Shown piece after piece: positions 1 to 9,148 of a DNA stretch of 64,000 nt; positions within the stretch are counted from its first letter, which is position 1; each line of letters starts with the position of its first letter. Under the pieces are notes generated by a model that had not been told where the DNA came from, made no database searches, and was given only the letters and a program-made list of their open reading frames with translations. Position numbers and translations under genes: made by a program. The DNA is from a virus. Location: positions 64,001-128,000 of the IMG/VR virus record IMGVR_UViG_3300025132_007963; one strand, given 5' to 3'.

Positions 1-1904
1 TAAAAAGCAAAGTTTGCATTTGCAGGAGCAAGTGCTGCATGAGATGAAGTGTTGTTGATCATTAGGTCATCCAAACTAAAGATAAAAGAGTGCTCAGACT
101 GAGCTGTCTTATCATAATAGCCCATGGATGCTGGACCTGGTATAACAAGATCCAAATATGATTCTTCAAACCTGGTGCTAGACGGGGTTCTGTAAGTACT
201 AATACCAAAACAAGCCTGTCTTTGATCTGATAAGCCCTCGTCAGAACTTGAAACTCTGAGAGGAATTCTTGGGTGCTGTATTGATGCAGTCACCGCTTTT
301 GGTAAGCTAGAAATTGGTGAAGTATTGAAACTTTGTGACAAAAGAATGTCGCTAGTATCAATAATTGTATTATTTGTTAGCACAACCTCTGGGCCAACTC
401 GTTCGCTAAGACCCATACCCTTTATACCTTGAGTGACTAAGGTAACTGTCTTTGGCACAGGAGGACCAAAGAAACCTGCAGGCAGGCAAGCTGGATCTGA
501 GGCGCCATTCTCTACATCGCCATCCAATTCAACTCTTACAAAGCTAGACTGATTGAGATAATTTCCATACATCCTGTATCTGTTCTGGGTTGTATCCCAT
601 TCCTGATACATGTCACCAATCTTTTTTGCAACAAAGTTATTAGAATTGGGATTTAGGTCACATTGTGAAAATCTCTCTATAACTTGAGGTGCGCCGTCAT
701 GATCTCGCACACGACGGAGTACAACAGTAAAAGTACCGTATGGATTAGCATCAGAACCCTTTCTTATATCAGTTATAGTAACTTTTAAGTTCTTAGCTCC
801 CCATTCACCGTCATCAAGAGAAACAAGCTTAAATAGCTTTTGCATATTAGTCGGATTATAATTACTAGAATCATTAGTTAAGTCTTGGCTTATAAACCAA
901 CCCGTCTTTGAGGGCTGGGTGTCAATGTTTCTGATACCCCAGTCACCAACACCACCATTAAGACCAACAACAACACCGTACAAAGAACCGTCAGCTGCTA
1001 ACGAGCCCTGACCGATGGTTGTCGTAGCTCCGTGTGTATCTTTCGCGTGTCTATCGAAACTTTCACCAAGCCAGAAATGTCTTCTCTTGGAGTTCACTGC
1101 GCTACATAGAGCTGGGTTTGTGTTAAAAACTTTTCTTATGTATCTATCACTATCGCGATCAAAGTTAAACACAATCTTTGTTGGTGTTGTCGAAGTCGCT
1201 TGGTTTTCGTAAACCAAAGCTGTAAATTCCATAAGATTTGAGTTATTTGCTTTTATAGCTATAGCTGAACCAGTTGTGGCTCCAATTCCCCCGCGCTTAG
1301 CAGAGCCGGTGCTAGGTATAGCGTTACCACTTAAGATCAAGCCACCATTATCAAAATACCAAACTGCTGCCAAAGAGCCGGTTGTTCTTGTTGAAGCACG
1401 CACCGCTCTTGGTCTTGCATCAAAAGTATCCCGAAGGTCTCTTTGGGTAGAACCTGATGTGAATAGATAAAGTCCATATGCACCGCCGCTGGTGGTGCCA
1501 CTAGTTCCGAGTGTATTGTCCGTCTTCCACCCAGCTGCAGCGCCGGCAACTGTACCGTCATCAGTGGTGCTATCGGCGTTTGGATCAGCAACGCCCAATA
1601 ATCGAACAACAGTCACTGGGCTACTATTTCTTAAATAGGCTTGAGCAGCGTAAGCAGCATATGTTGGAGCCATGTAGTTGCCTTCTCTCCAGACGTCTCC
1701 GCCTTGGCCGCCAGCGATTGGATTTCCAAATATTTCAACAAACTCACTAAAGGACCCTACAGTAACAGGACGTAAGCCAGGCCCTCGGGTCAATCGACCA
1801 ACTACGGCTGGACCTACTGCCTCTGCTTCTCTGGGTATTTGTGAATTATCAATCTCATTGATAAAAACACCAGGCGACACAAATTTGAATCTTCTTACGG
1901 ACAT
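1..1904 (-). CDS. gp18: Tail sheath protein, N-terminal part (runs off left edge)
   Basis: Absent from the ORF track because no stop lies in the window. ATG at 1904 with SD AAGGAG. Translates MSVRRFKFVSPGVFINEIDNSQIPREAEAVGPAVVGRLTRGP...FSEFVEIFG..., the typical SPGV..EID / F.E.FG sheath N-terminus. Frame is open where checked at both ends. Confidence 0.85.
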   Translation of the reverse strand, partial: MSVRRFKFVSPGVFINEIDNSQIPREAEAVGPAVVGRLTRGPGLRPVTVGSFSEFVEIFGNPIAGGQGGDVWREGNYMAPTYAAYAAQAYLRNSSPVTVVRLLGVADPNADSTTDDGTVAGAAAGWKTDNTLGTSGTTSGGAYGLYLFTSGSTQRDLRDTFDARPRAVRASTRTTGSLAAVWYFDNGGLILSGNAIPSTGSAKRGGIGATTGSAIAIKANNSNLMEFTALVYENQATSTTPTKIVFNFDRDSDRYIRKVFNTNPALCSAVNSKRRHFWLGESFDRHAKDTHGATTTIGQGSLAADGSLYGVVVGLNGGVGDWGIRNIDTQPSKTGWFISQDLTNDSSNYNPTNMQKLFKLVSLDDGEWGAKNLKVTITDIRKGSDANPYGTFTVVLRRVRDHDGAPQVIERFSQCDLNPNSNNFVAKKIGDMYQEWDTTQNRYRMYGNYLNQSSFVRVELDGDVENGASDPACLPAGFFGPPVPKTVTLVTQGIKGMGLSERVGPEVVLTNNTIIDTSDILLSQSFNTSPISSLPKAVTASIQHPRIPLRVSSSDEGLSDQRQACFGISTYRTPSSTRFEESYLDLVIPGPASMGYYDKTAQSEHSFIFSLDDLMINNTSSHAALAPANANFAF

Positions 1905-1980
1905 ATCAATTTCTCCTTAAACCAAAAGCTCTTATAAATCACAAACAGAACATTGCGGTTATAAATGGTATTTCTTTAAC

Positions 1981-1988
1981 TAAATAGT
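1981..1988 (-). promoter_or_regulatory. Putative late promoter ACTATTTA upstream of sheath
   Basis: One of 8 copies of ACTA(A/G/T)TTA just upstream of structural genes; lies immediately downstream of a terminator. Confidence 0.6.
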
Positions 1989-2024
1989 ATTCAATATTTC
2001 AAAAAGTAATTAAAACATTATAAT

Positions 2025-2054
2025 AAAAAAAGGGCCTGGATAACCAGGCCCTTT
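2025..2054 (-). terminator. Rho-independent terminator after fibre gene
   Basis: Sense AAAGGGCCTGG-TTAT-CCAGGCCC followed by a run of 7 T. Confidence 0.85.
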
Positions 2055-2079
2055 AGGAAACAATTACAGTTTATTCTTA

Positions 2080-5000
2080 TCAGCTTACGCCAGAACCAGA
2101 CAAGAAAGTAATTGTAAGTATATCATCGCTATCTAATGCTAGCGCTTCAGCCAAAAGGACCTTGTGAGCATTAGCACTACCGGTATTAATACGATAATCC
2201 GCACTTGTTGGACCATGCGCATTTGAACCAGGATGATCAGGATGTAACAACACACCATTCAAGTATACCATTAAGGAACCTGATGCTGGTTGTGAACTCA
2301 ACGATGCTGTTGTATATGGCGTTGGAACAGCATGTGATGCAAACATACCCTTAGTAGGTGCAGAGCCACTGATATTAGAACCATCAGCTCTAACGTGTGC
2401 TTGTCTTACGAAGCCAACACTCAATCTACCAGAAGCATACACCAAACCACCATGAGCATCAGCGTTGTTTTGAATAATATCCTTAGCCAACTTAGCCTTG
2501 GTGACCGAAGTTGCTGCTAGTTTACCAGTTGTAATTGCACTATCGACAATAGCCGCTGTGACAATAGAACCAGTTTGAACGTTATCCTGAGTTACAATAC
2601 CTGTACCATGTAGCTTATCAGTAGTAACCTGGAAGAAAGTACCGGCTGCGCCAGATACTGTCGTTGTACCAGTGATTGTAGCAGAGGTTACAGCCTCTAC
2701 TGCAGTCAAAGTACCACCGACACCCACGTTATCACCAAACGAAGCAGATACACCGTAAATAACAGCGAATTGCTTAGTTGCTGAGCCTAAGTTAACCTTT
2801 TCATCATTCTGAGGCACAAGGTTCGATATAAGGCCGGCTTGTATATTAAGGTCATCACTGTTTGCAGTACCAATCATCACTCCATTTGATGCAGTAATAC
2901 TATTAGCAGTTATACCGCCTAGGGTCGCATCATCAGCAAGGAGATCATGTGCTCTAACAGTTGAACCAGACAAGCTAGTCGAGGTCAAGGCACCGCGAAG
3001 AGCAAGGTGGCCTGCTTCTAGTCTCTTAGCTTGGATCAAAGACCCAGAGATAGAGCCAGTAACACCAAAGCGCATACCTGCAGTACCTAGAGCTGCGATT
3101 GTTGCACTACCTGATTCAAAACTAGCACCAGCTTGGCCATCAACATTGACAATAAGAGCATCACCAGTGACAGTTCTAGATCCCAAAGTCAAAGACATGA
3201 GAGGACTAGAGCCCGTACCTTGAACACCCACGGTGCCGCCAATTTGAAAACCTGCGCCGACATGATCGCCTGCCTTAGAACCAGAAACACCTGCGATGAT
3301 CAAATTATCTTTAATCTCTAAGGAGTCTTTAGTTACAGTTCTCGATACAATAGTGTCAACATCTAAAGAAGTAATCTTTGCAAAAGACGCAGTAATTGCA
3401 GTTGCAACAACTGTATCAATGTTACCAGTATCAATGTGAGCTGCAGCAAATTGCTTTGTAGAACTACCCAAGCTAACTTGACTATCATTTTGTGGAACAA
3501 AGTTTGATACAAGACCAGCTTGAATATTCAAGTCATCACTAGCTGCATTACCAATCATCATGCCACCTGAACCTGTGAATGATACCGCAGTAATTTGTGA
3601 TATCACACCCTTATCGGCTGTGACAGTCTCTGTGGTGATAGCAGAACCAGAAATAGTTCCTGCTGAAGTTACACCCTCTATCGCAGTTAGTGTTCCACCG
3701 ACGCCAACATTGTCACCAAACGAAGCAGATACGCCATAAATAACAGCGAATTGCTTGGTTGCTGAACCAAGGTTGACTTTTTCATCATTTTGCGGAACAA
3801 GATTTGATACAAGACCAGCTTGGATGTTCAAGTCATCACTGTTTGCAGTACCAATCATAACACCATTTGAAGCTGTCAAGCTGTTAACAGTTGTACCACC
3901 AAGCGTTACATCATCAGCTGTAAGATCATGGAACGTTGCAGCAGAACCTGAAACACCCTCTATCGCAGTTAGTGTTCCACCGACGCCAACATTGTCGCCA
4001 AAAGAAGCAGATACGCCATAAACAACAGCGAATTGCTTGGTTGCCGAACCAAGGTTGACTTTTTCATCATTTTGAGGAACGAGGTTTGATATAAGGCCAG
4101 CTTGGATATTCAAATCATCACTGTTTGCAGTACCGATCATTACTCCGTTTGAAGCAGTCAAACTGTTAACAGTTGTACCACCAAGTGTTACATCATCTGC
4201 AGAGAGATCATGGAACGTTGCAGCAGAACCAGATACAGTTGCAATAGCGGTTATAGAACCATCAGCAAAAGTAACCTGAGTTGTGCCAAGTTTTTGAAAT
4301 TCAAAAGATCCAGAGCCTGCATCAAGTTGCAAGAAAGAGCCTGAAATTCTAATCGAACTTTCTTCTTTTTCTGCAAATCTCTTAAAACCTTGAATGAAGC
4401 CCATAAATCTAGATCCAGTAGGTGCATTACGTGCTTGGAAATAAATCTTAGCGTTATTGCTAGCTGTGATATGCGCACCATCAGTTTGGAATTGTAAGAT
4501 ACCACCGAGACCACCTGCAGAGTTAAACTGCAAAGACCCAGAAGTACCACCGACAGCAGAACCACTATTAACGTAGTTCTTAAGATCACCTAGCTTTAAG
4601 GCATGCATATTGGAGCTGTCGGAATTATCACCGACTGCTAAAATATCAGCGTCCTGAAGATCTACAAGGTAATCACCAGTACCAATGTTACCGGCAAAGT
4701 TTAGGTGCTCAATCTCAACAGAGCCTGACGCTATCTTATCTCTAGTTATTGAACTAACTCCTAACTGTTTTGTCTGCACGGAGCCCGTTGCCAATTGATC
4801 CATTCCAATCTGGCCGGTACCGATTAGTTTTTTACCTATAAATGTTCTCGCCATTATTTCTTCTCCTGATCCTCCGCCGCCGCCGCCACCGCCGCCGCCA
4901 GCTGGAAAGTTAAAACTAAAAACACGTGTCATGCCACCGTTGTTTGCGCCTGCATTATAATCTGCGCCTGCAACAGCCATAGCTGAACCATCATACTTAA

Positions 5001-6153
5001 CCGACTGGTGTGAGTAATAACTATAATACGTCCTTTGAAAAAGTTCATTATTTGCATTATTAAGTGTACCGGTAATTACAGTTCTTTTCCAGTCGGCTGA
5101 AGTATGATACTCCCAAGCTGTTAGTTGCACTGGAAAAGCGTTATTTTCAAAGCCATGGCCGCACTTCTCTAAGATATAAAACCTATTACCGTCATTTGGG
5201 TCTGGCTCAATTGCTCTAAGATTCCATGGAAAAATATTTTCTTCTACACTAACAAAATCACCCGTAGCATCTGGTAATAGCGCGGCACCGCCAGACCCAG
5301 ACACAAATTTAAATAAATCTATCGTAGTTGGGGTTGGCAGTTGGGATATGCCACTACTATGAATATAAGGATTTTGTCCATCAGGTGATTTAATTGCTAA
5401 AAGGGTATTACTACCTGTATGGTAATACATACCAGCACCAAGGTATTCATTGGTATCACCCTGAATCGCTTCTTGGAAAGCCCAGTGGCTAGAGTTTGTT
5501 CCATCCGTGCCGTCAACTTGGCGATAATACCAAATACGGCCCCTATTACTACCACCACCGTAATCCTCGCCAATCACTATTTCAGTATCACTTATCCACT
5601 GTGATCCCTGAACGTCGGCATTACTAATATTAATTAAATCGTCTGGATCCGACCAGGAGTCACCGGAAGCATCATAGATAGAAATATTAATGTCATCTTC
5701 ACCAACTGCTGTGATGAGCAATTTATTTTTACTTGGATTTAACTTTAATGAATATTGTGATCCATAACTTTTATCATCGAGATCACCGACATCTGTAACC
5801 GTCCAGCCATCACTAGCCGTAACAAAACGAAACAAAGCATCGGTGCCTGTAGTGTTGGTTGTTGCTAAAAATTCATTATCACTAACAAAAACCATCGAAT
5901 CTATTCTTGCTGACGTGGAGCCATTGAGGGTTGGTACCAAAGATGGGCCTAAAAATGTGTACCCACTTGCACCTGATTGATAAATATCAATACCTTTTTT
6001 GTTTTCATTATTTGCTTTTTGAGTTGGTATAAATAATTTATCACCGCTAGGATTAAAATACCCACCCATATATGATGATCCCGCATGGGGACCATGAATG
6101 TTGACAAAGCTTATTGTACCCTGCTCCACAGAAGAACTTACTGAGTAAGCCAT
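2080..6153 (-). CDS. Fibre/whisker-like virion protein (1357 aa): N-terminal beta-propeller-like domain, Gly10 linker, repeat-rich beta shaft, small C-terminal beta domain
   Basis: ORF track; SD GAGGAGGAG; GS(V/I)xxxxL/I fibre-type repeats (GSVQTKQL, SAITTGKLA); 94-aa internal repeats; C-terminal VYLNGVLL...DY motif. Confidence 0.7.
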   Translation of the reverse strand: MAYSVSSSVEQGTISFVNIHGPHAGSSYMGGYFNPSGDKLFIPTQKANNENKKGIDIYQSGASGYTFLGPSLVPTLNGSTSARIDSMVFVSDNEFLATTNTTGTDALFRFVTASDGWTVTDVGDLDDKSYGSQYSLKLNPSKNKLLITAVGEDDINISIYDASGDSWSDPDDLINISNADVQGSQWISDTEIVIGEDYGGGSNRGRIWYYRQVDGTDGTNSSHWAFQEAIQGDTNEYLGAGMYYHTGSNTLLAIKSPDGQNPYIHSSGISQLPTPTTIDLFKFVSGSGGAALLPDATGDFVSVEENIFPWNLRAIEPDPNDGNRFYILEKCGHGFENNAFPVQLTAWEYHTSADWKRTVITGTLNNANNELFQRTYYSYYSHQSVKYDGSAMAVAGADYNAGANNGGMTRVFSFNFPAGGGGGGGGGGSGEEIMARTFIGKKLIGTGQIGMDQLATGSVQTKQLGVSSITRDKIASGSVEIEHLNFAGNIGTGDYLVDLQDADILAVGDNSDSSNMHALKLGDLKNYVNSGSAVGGTSGSLQFNSAGGLGGILQFQTDGAHITASNNAKIYFQARNAPTGSRFMGFIQGFKRFAEKEESSIRISGSFLQLDAGSGSFEFQKLGTTQVTFADGSITAIATVSGSAATFHDLSADDVTLGGTTVNSLTASNGVMIGTANSDDLNIQAGLISNLVPQNDEKVNLGSATKQFAVVYGVSASFGDNVGVGGTLTAIEGVSGSAATFHDLTADDVTLGGTTVNSLTASNGVMIGTANSDDLNIQAGLVSNLVPQNDEKVNLGSATKQFAVIYGVSASFGDNVGVGGTLTAIEGVTSAGTISGSAITTETVTADKGVISQITAVSFTGSGGMMIGNAASDDLNIQAGLVSNFVPQNDSQVSLGSSTKQFAAAHIDTGNIDTVVATAITASFAKITSLDVDTIVSRTVTKDSLEIKDNLIIAGVSGSKAGDHVGAGFQIGGTVGVQGTGSSPLMSLTLGSRTVTGDALIVNVDGQAGASFESGSATIAALGTAGMRFGVTGSISGSLIQAKRLEAGHLALRGALTSTSLSGSTVRAHDLLADDATLGGITANSITASNGVMIGTANSDDLNIQAGLISNLVPQNDEKVNLGSATKQFAVIYGVSASFGDNVGVGGTLTAVEAVTSATITGTTTVSGAAGTFFQVTTDKLHGTGIVTQDNVQTGSIVTAAIVDSAITTGKLAATSVTKAKLAKDIIQNNADAHGGLVYASGRLSVGFVRQAHVRADGSNISGSAPTKGMFASHAVPTPYTTASLSSQPASGSLMVYLNGVLLHPDHPGSNAHGPTSADYRINTGSANAHKVLLAEALALDSDDILTITFLSGSGVS
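3671..4232. repeat. Tandem 282-bp (94-codon) repeat in fibre gene; diverged copies near 2690-2960 and 3440-3560
   Basis: acaccctctatcgcagttagtgttccaccgacgccaacattgtc occurs at 3671 and 3953 (offset 282). Protein unit SGSAATFHDL.ADDVTLGGTTVNSLTASNGVMIGTANSDDLNIQAGL...GGTLTAIEGV. Confidence 0.95.
4429..4455. repeat. 27-bp direct repeat, copy inside fibre CDS
   Basis: acgtgcttggaaataaatcttagcgtt; 26/27 identical to 6259-6285. Confidence 0.9.
4852..4867 (-). promoter_or_regulatory. Internal in-frame RBS + ATG (Met434) in fibre gene
   Basis: Sense TCAGGAGAAGAAATAATGGCGAGA: AGGAG 8 nt before an ATG, right after the poly-Gly codons. Confidence 0.6.
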
Positions 6154-6258
6154 TCCATCTCCTCCTCTTTCAAATTAAGAACGCCTCTAAAAGAAGGTTA
6201 ACTTTAAATTTAATTTAATTAACGGACGAACAGGATATGTGTAAAATAACTGGGCGAG

Positions 6259-6285
6259 ACGCGCTTGGAAATAAATCTTAGCGTT
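6259..6285. repeat. 27-bp direct repeat, intergenic copy in leader of fibre gene
   Basis: acgcgcttggaaataaatcttagcgtt; 23-bp exact core shared with 4433-4455. Confidence 0.9.
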
Positions 6286-6518
6286 TACGAAAATAATACT
6301 TTTTTAAGATTTCTGACAATATTGTCAAATTTGCAAAAATCTGAACTTAAAAATTCAAAAGATAGATCTTTGCATTGATCATCGACTTCTTCAAATTCAA
6401 AATGAAATCTACCATTTTGCCTTCTTTCACATCGCAATAGTTTAAAGCCCTTCAACTGGAGATAAGCTGCGATACCTATGTCAGATGTAATGAACGTTTC
6501 TGTTGTGTTTTCTTTCAT
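6285..6518 (-). CDS. Small DUF5659-like protein
   Basis: FITSDIGIAAYLQLKGFKL...GRFHFEF resembles the F.T.D..LAAYL pattern of that family; SD present. Confidence 0.6.
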   Translation of the reverse strand: MKENTTETFITSDIGIAAYLQLKGFKLLRCERRQNGRFHFEFEEVDDQCKDLSFEFLSSDFCKFDNIVRNLKKVLFS

Positions 6519-6579
6519 GCTTTTTTCCTTATCTCCTAAAATAAACTACTTTTAATAATTAGCACAACAATACTCAAAA

Positions 6580-7002
6580 TTACAATTTTTTAAAAGCGGC
6601 TTTTTGTGTTTCATCCTCCGGCAACACTAATTCATAGTCTGAATTTGGGTCACAGCCAATATTTTCCTTTAAATCGTTTATAAAACTGAGTAAATCATCT
6701 TGATTTTTCTCAATTTCATTAAGCAAGCTACTTTTATCAAGTTCAAAATTTTGTACTAACAAACCTATTTTAAGAACTAAATTTGTTGTTCTGTCTCTTC
6801 TTTTAGCGATTTTGTAAAAGTCTCCATGCTCTAATTCGATGTAAGAATCGTCAAATTCTTCCTCTGGTTCTGGTTCTTCGATTTCCTCATCAGCATCTTC
6901 CTCTATTAATGCATCGAGGGCTTTTCCCGCTTTATCGTGAAATTCAGGGTTTTCTTGCTTTAGTGTCTCTAGCAAGTTTATTAGTTTATCCATTGCAGAC
7001 AT
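6580..7002 (-). CDS. Hypothetical acidic protein (140 aa)
   Basis: ORF track; SD AAGGAG; fits the operon spacing. Confidence 0.75.
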   Translation of the reverse strand: MSAMDKLINLLETLKQENPEFHDKAGKALDALIEEDADEEIEEPEPEEEFDDSYIELEHGDFYKIAKRRDRTTNLVLKIGLLVQNFELDKSSLLNEIEKNQDDLLSFINDLKENIGCDPNSDYELVLPEDETQKAAFKKL

Positions 7003-7016
7003 AATTTTCTCCTTTA

Positions 7017-8276
7017 TTATTTTGATGATATAATGTAGCTAATTAGCATATTTTCATCGACGTCTGGTGCTTCAGCAAATTGTATCATTGAATCGTTTAC
7101 TATTATATAGTCATCGGCTTGGCCGGGTTTCATTAAAATTCCATCTCTAAATACCATTTCTGAACCGCTAACAAATGTATGAAAAGTAACAAATCTTGTT
7201 GTTGAATTGTCCCCAACTCCACCTGCTGGAATTTTAAATTCAGTTCTTGCAATATAATTATCTGTTGTGATCGGATTACCACTGGTAAACGAAGTGCCGG
7301 TGTCTACTTTCTTGTTTACCAAGGGTGGGCCTGGTCTTGTATCTGACGACAATATGAATTGCTGCTCGTCCACTAGTTTTAAACTAGCTAACCCAGCGAG
7401 GCCATAATACCTACCCTCTTCGAATTCAGGCTCGTCTCCAAAAACTATTCTCTCTCTTGGTATTTTTACCGAAACTGCGTTTTCTCTTATCGCATACCTT
7501 GGCTGCTCTTGGTTGCCTTTTTCTCCAATAAGATATGCTAAGACTTTGATCTCTATCGTTGTCTCTACTTTTCTTTCCTCGTTTGTAAAAGAGTTATAGT
7601 TATTGTTTTGATTAAAATCCTGTTGTATAAACCCCTCATACCTATGGTTTTCTTTCTCTATTAAAATATAATTAACGCCGCCTGGTTTTGTGATAAACGG
7701 TGTCACAACATCATTCATTTGTTCTTGATATTCTGTTCTAATATTAATTTTATATGTTACTTCGACATAAACTGGCAATGGGATAGATACAGTTTCATAA
7801 ACTATTTTATTTGGTCGATAACCAGGAAAGTTCACTTGGCCTTTTCTTCTTTGACTTTCTGCATTTATAAAGTTTGAAGTTTTGTCATGCTTTATTCGTC
7901 TAGCTACTCTAATCGAGCCACCTTTTTCATCTGCTACCGGGACGACATTGCCCCATATTGAACCTTTTTTTGACAAATCTTTTGCAACATTAGTTCTTTC
8001 TATAGAAATAATCGGCAATATTAAAGCGCCTGTTGAATCTCTAAATAATCTGTCTTTTTTCGCAGAAAAGCCTCTTTCTGGCGATACCCATACCACAGGA
8101 ACTCTTTCAAAACCTTTGTGTGTTGTTGTAAAAATATTTAATTTATTTTCAACATAATCTAACATAGCGGCATCTACGTTATCAATAGTTGACGGAGCAA
8201 ATGGGATTGATTTTGTATAAGTTGATGGAACTTGGCTTGGTAAAAGACCCTTCCTTTCATCTAGTTTTCTCTTCAT
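7017..8276 (-). CDS. Tail terminator/neck (gp15-like) protein, paralogue B, with extra C-terminal domain
   Basis: VPVVW..PER, LILPIISIERT and YEG motifs; follows gp13/gp14-like genes; C-terminal VFRDGILM...DDY domain. Confidence 0.6.
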   Translation of the reverse strand: MKRKLDERKGLLPSQVPSTYTKSIPFAPSTIDNVDAAMLDYVENKLNIFTTTHKGFERVPVVWVSPERGFSAKKDRLFRDSTGALILPIISIERTNVAKDLSKKGSIWGNVVPVADEKGGSIRVARRIKHDKTSNFINAESQRRKGQVNFPGYRPNKIVYETVSIPLPVYVEVTYKINIRTEYQEQMNDVVTPFITKPGGVNYILIEKENHRYEGFIQQDFNQNNNYNSFTNEERKVETTIEIKVLAYLIGEKGNQEQPRYAIRENAVSVKIPRERIVFGDEPEFEEGRYYGLAGLASLKLVDEQQFILSSDTRPGPPLVNKKVDTGTSFTSGNPITTDNYIARTEFKIPAGGVGDNSTTRFVTFHTFVSGSEMVFRDGILMKPGQADDYIIVNDSMIQFAEAPDVDENMLISYIISSK

Positions 8277-9148
8277 TCGTTTGAATCCTCTGGTATTCCA
8301 GACAAGCCATAAAATGATCCACCATCATTCTCTAATTCATCATTAAATACTATCCTTTCTCTTGGAATTTTAACTTCCACTGAGCTTTCTCTAAAAACAA
8401 AATTTGGATTTGTTCTGTTTTTATCTTCTCCTAGTAGATATCCCAAAACTTCTATATTTATTTTTGTCTCAATTTTTCTTTCATCATCTGTAAAGGAGGT
8501 ATAGTTATTGTTTTGTGCAAAAACCTCTCTTATGAAGCCTTCGTATCTATGGTTTTGATTTTTTAAAAGAATATAATTTATACCACCTGGCACAGTTGCA
8601 AAAGGTGTGATTATTTCATTCATTTGTTGTTGATATTCTGTTCGAATGGTAATCTCATAATTTGCAACAATATAAACTGGGATTGGTATCGTTACTGTTT
8701 CATAGACAACCTTTTTATAATTCGAATTTGGGAAATTTATCCTACCTTTTGATTTTTTTGTTTTTGCATTTACAAAATTTGATGTCTTTTGATGGTTGAT
8801 TCTTCTAGCAACCGGTATTGTACCGCCCTTCTCATCGTCAACAGGCAATACATTCCCCCAAACAGTACCCTTCTTTGAAAGAGACTTTGTTACGCTTGTT
8901 CTTTCAATAGTTATTAGTGGTAAAATTAAAGTTCCGGTGTTATCTCTTACTTGCGAATCTTTCTTGCTCTGAAATGGTCGCTCAGCTCCGGACCAAACCA
9001 CTGGGACTTTTGTCCATCCTTTATTTGTTGTCGCAAAAAGGTTTAACTCTTCGTCAATGTATCTAATCATTGACTTGTCTATGTTTTCAATTGTTGATAT
9101 TGGAAACGGTATATCTTTTAATCTTTCCAAGTTATTATTAAGTGGCAT
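8273..9148 (-). CDS. Tail terminator/neck (gp15-like) protein, paralogue A
   Basis: Aligns over ~290 aa with 7017..8276. Start revised to the ATG at 9148 (MPLNNNL); the track start at 9232 overlaps the upstream gene by 95 bp. Confidence 0.6.
   Translation of the reverse strand: MPLNNNLERLKDIPFPISTIENIDKSMIRYIDEELNLFATTNKGWTKVPVVWSGAERPFQSKKDSQVRDNTGTLILPLITIERTSVTKSLSKKGTVWGNVLPVDDEKGGTIPVARRINHQKTSNFVNAKTKKSKGRINFPNSNYKKVVYETVTIPIPVYIVANYEITIRTEYQQQMNEIITPFATVPGGINYILLKNQNHRYEGFIREVFAQNNNYTSFTDDERKIETKINIEVLGYLLGEDKNRTNPNFVFRESSVEVKIPRERIVFNDELENDGGSFYGLSGIPEDSNE

Noticed and set aside
4429-6285. 27-bp repeat as a diversity-generating retroelement TR/VR pair or CRISPR repeat
   Set aside because: Too short for a TR/VR, one mismatch only, no reverse transcriptase in the window; only two copies 1.8 kb apart with no spacer array.
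6187-6308. -1 frameshift at CTT AAA AAA G near the end of the DUF5659-like gene
   Set aside because: Not a canonical X XXY YYZ slippery site; the shifted frame ends at a TAG before the fibre start.
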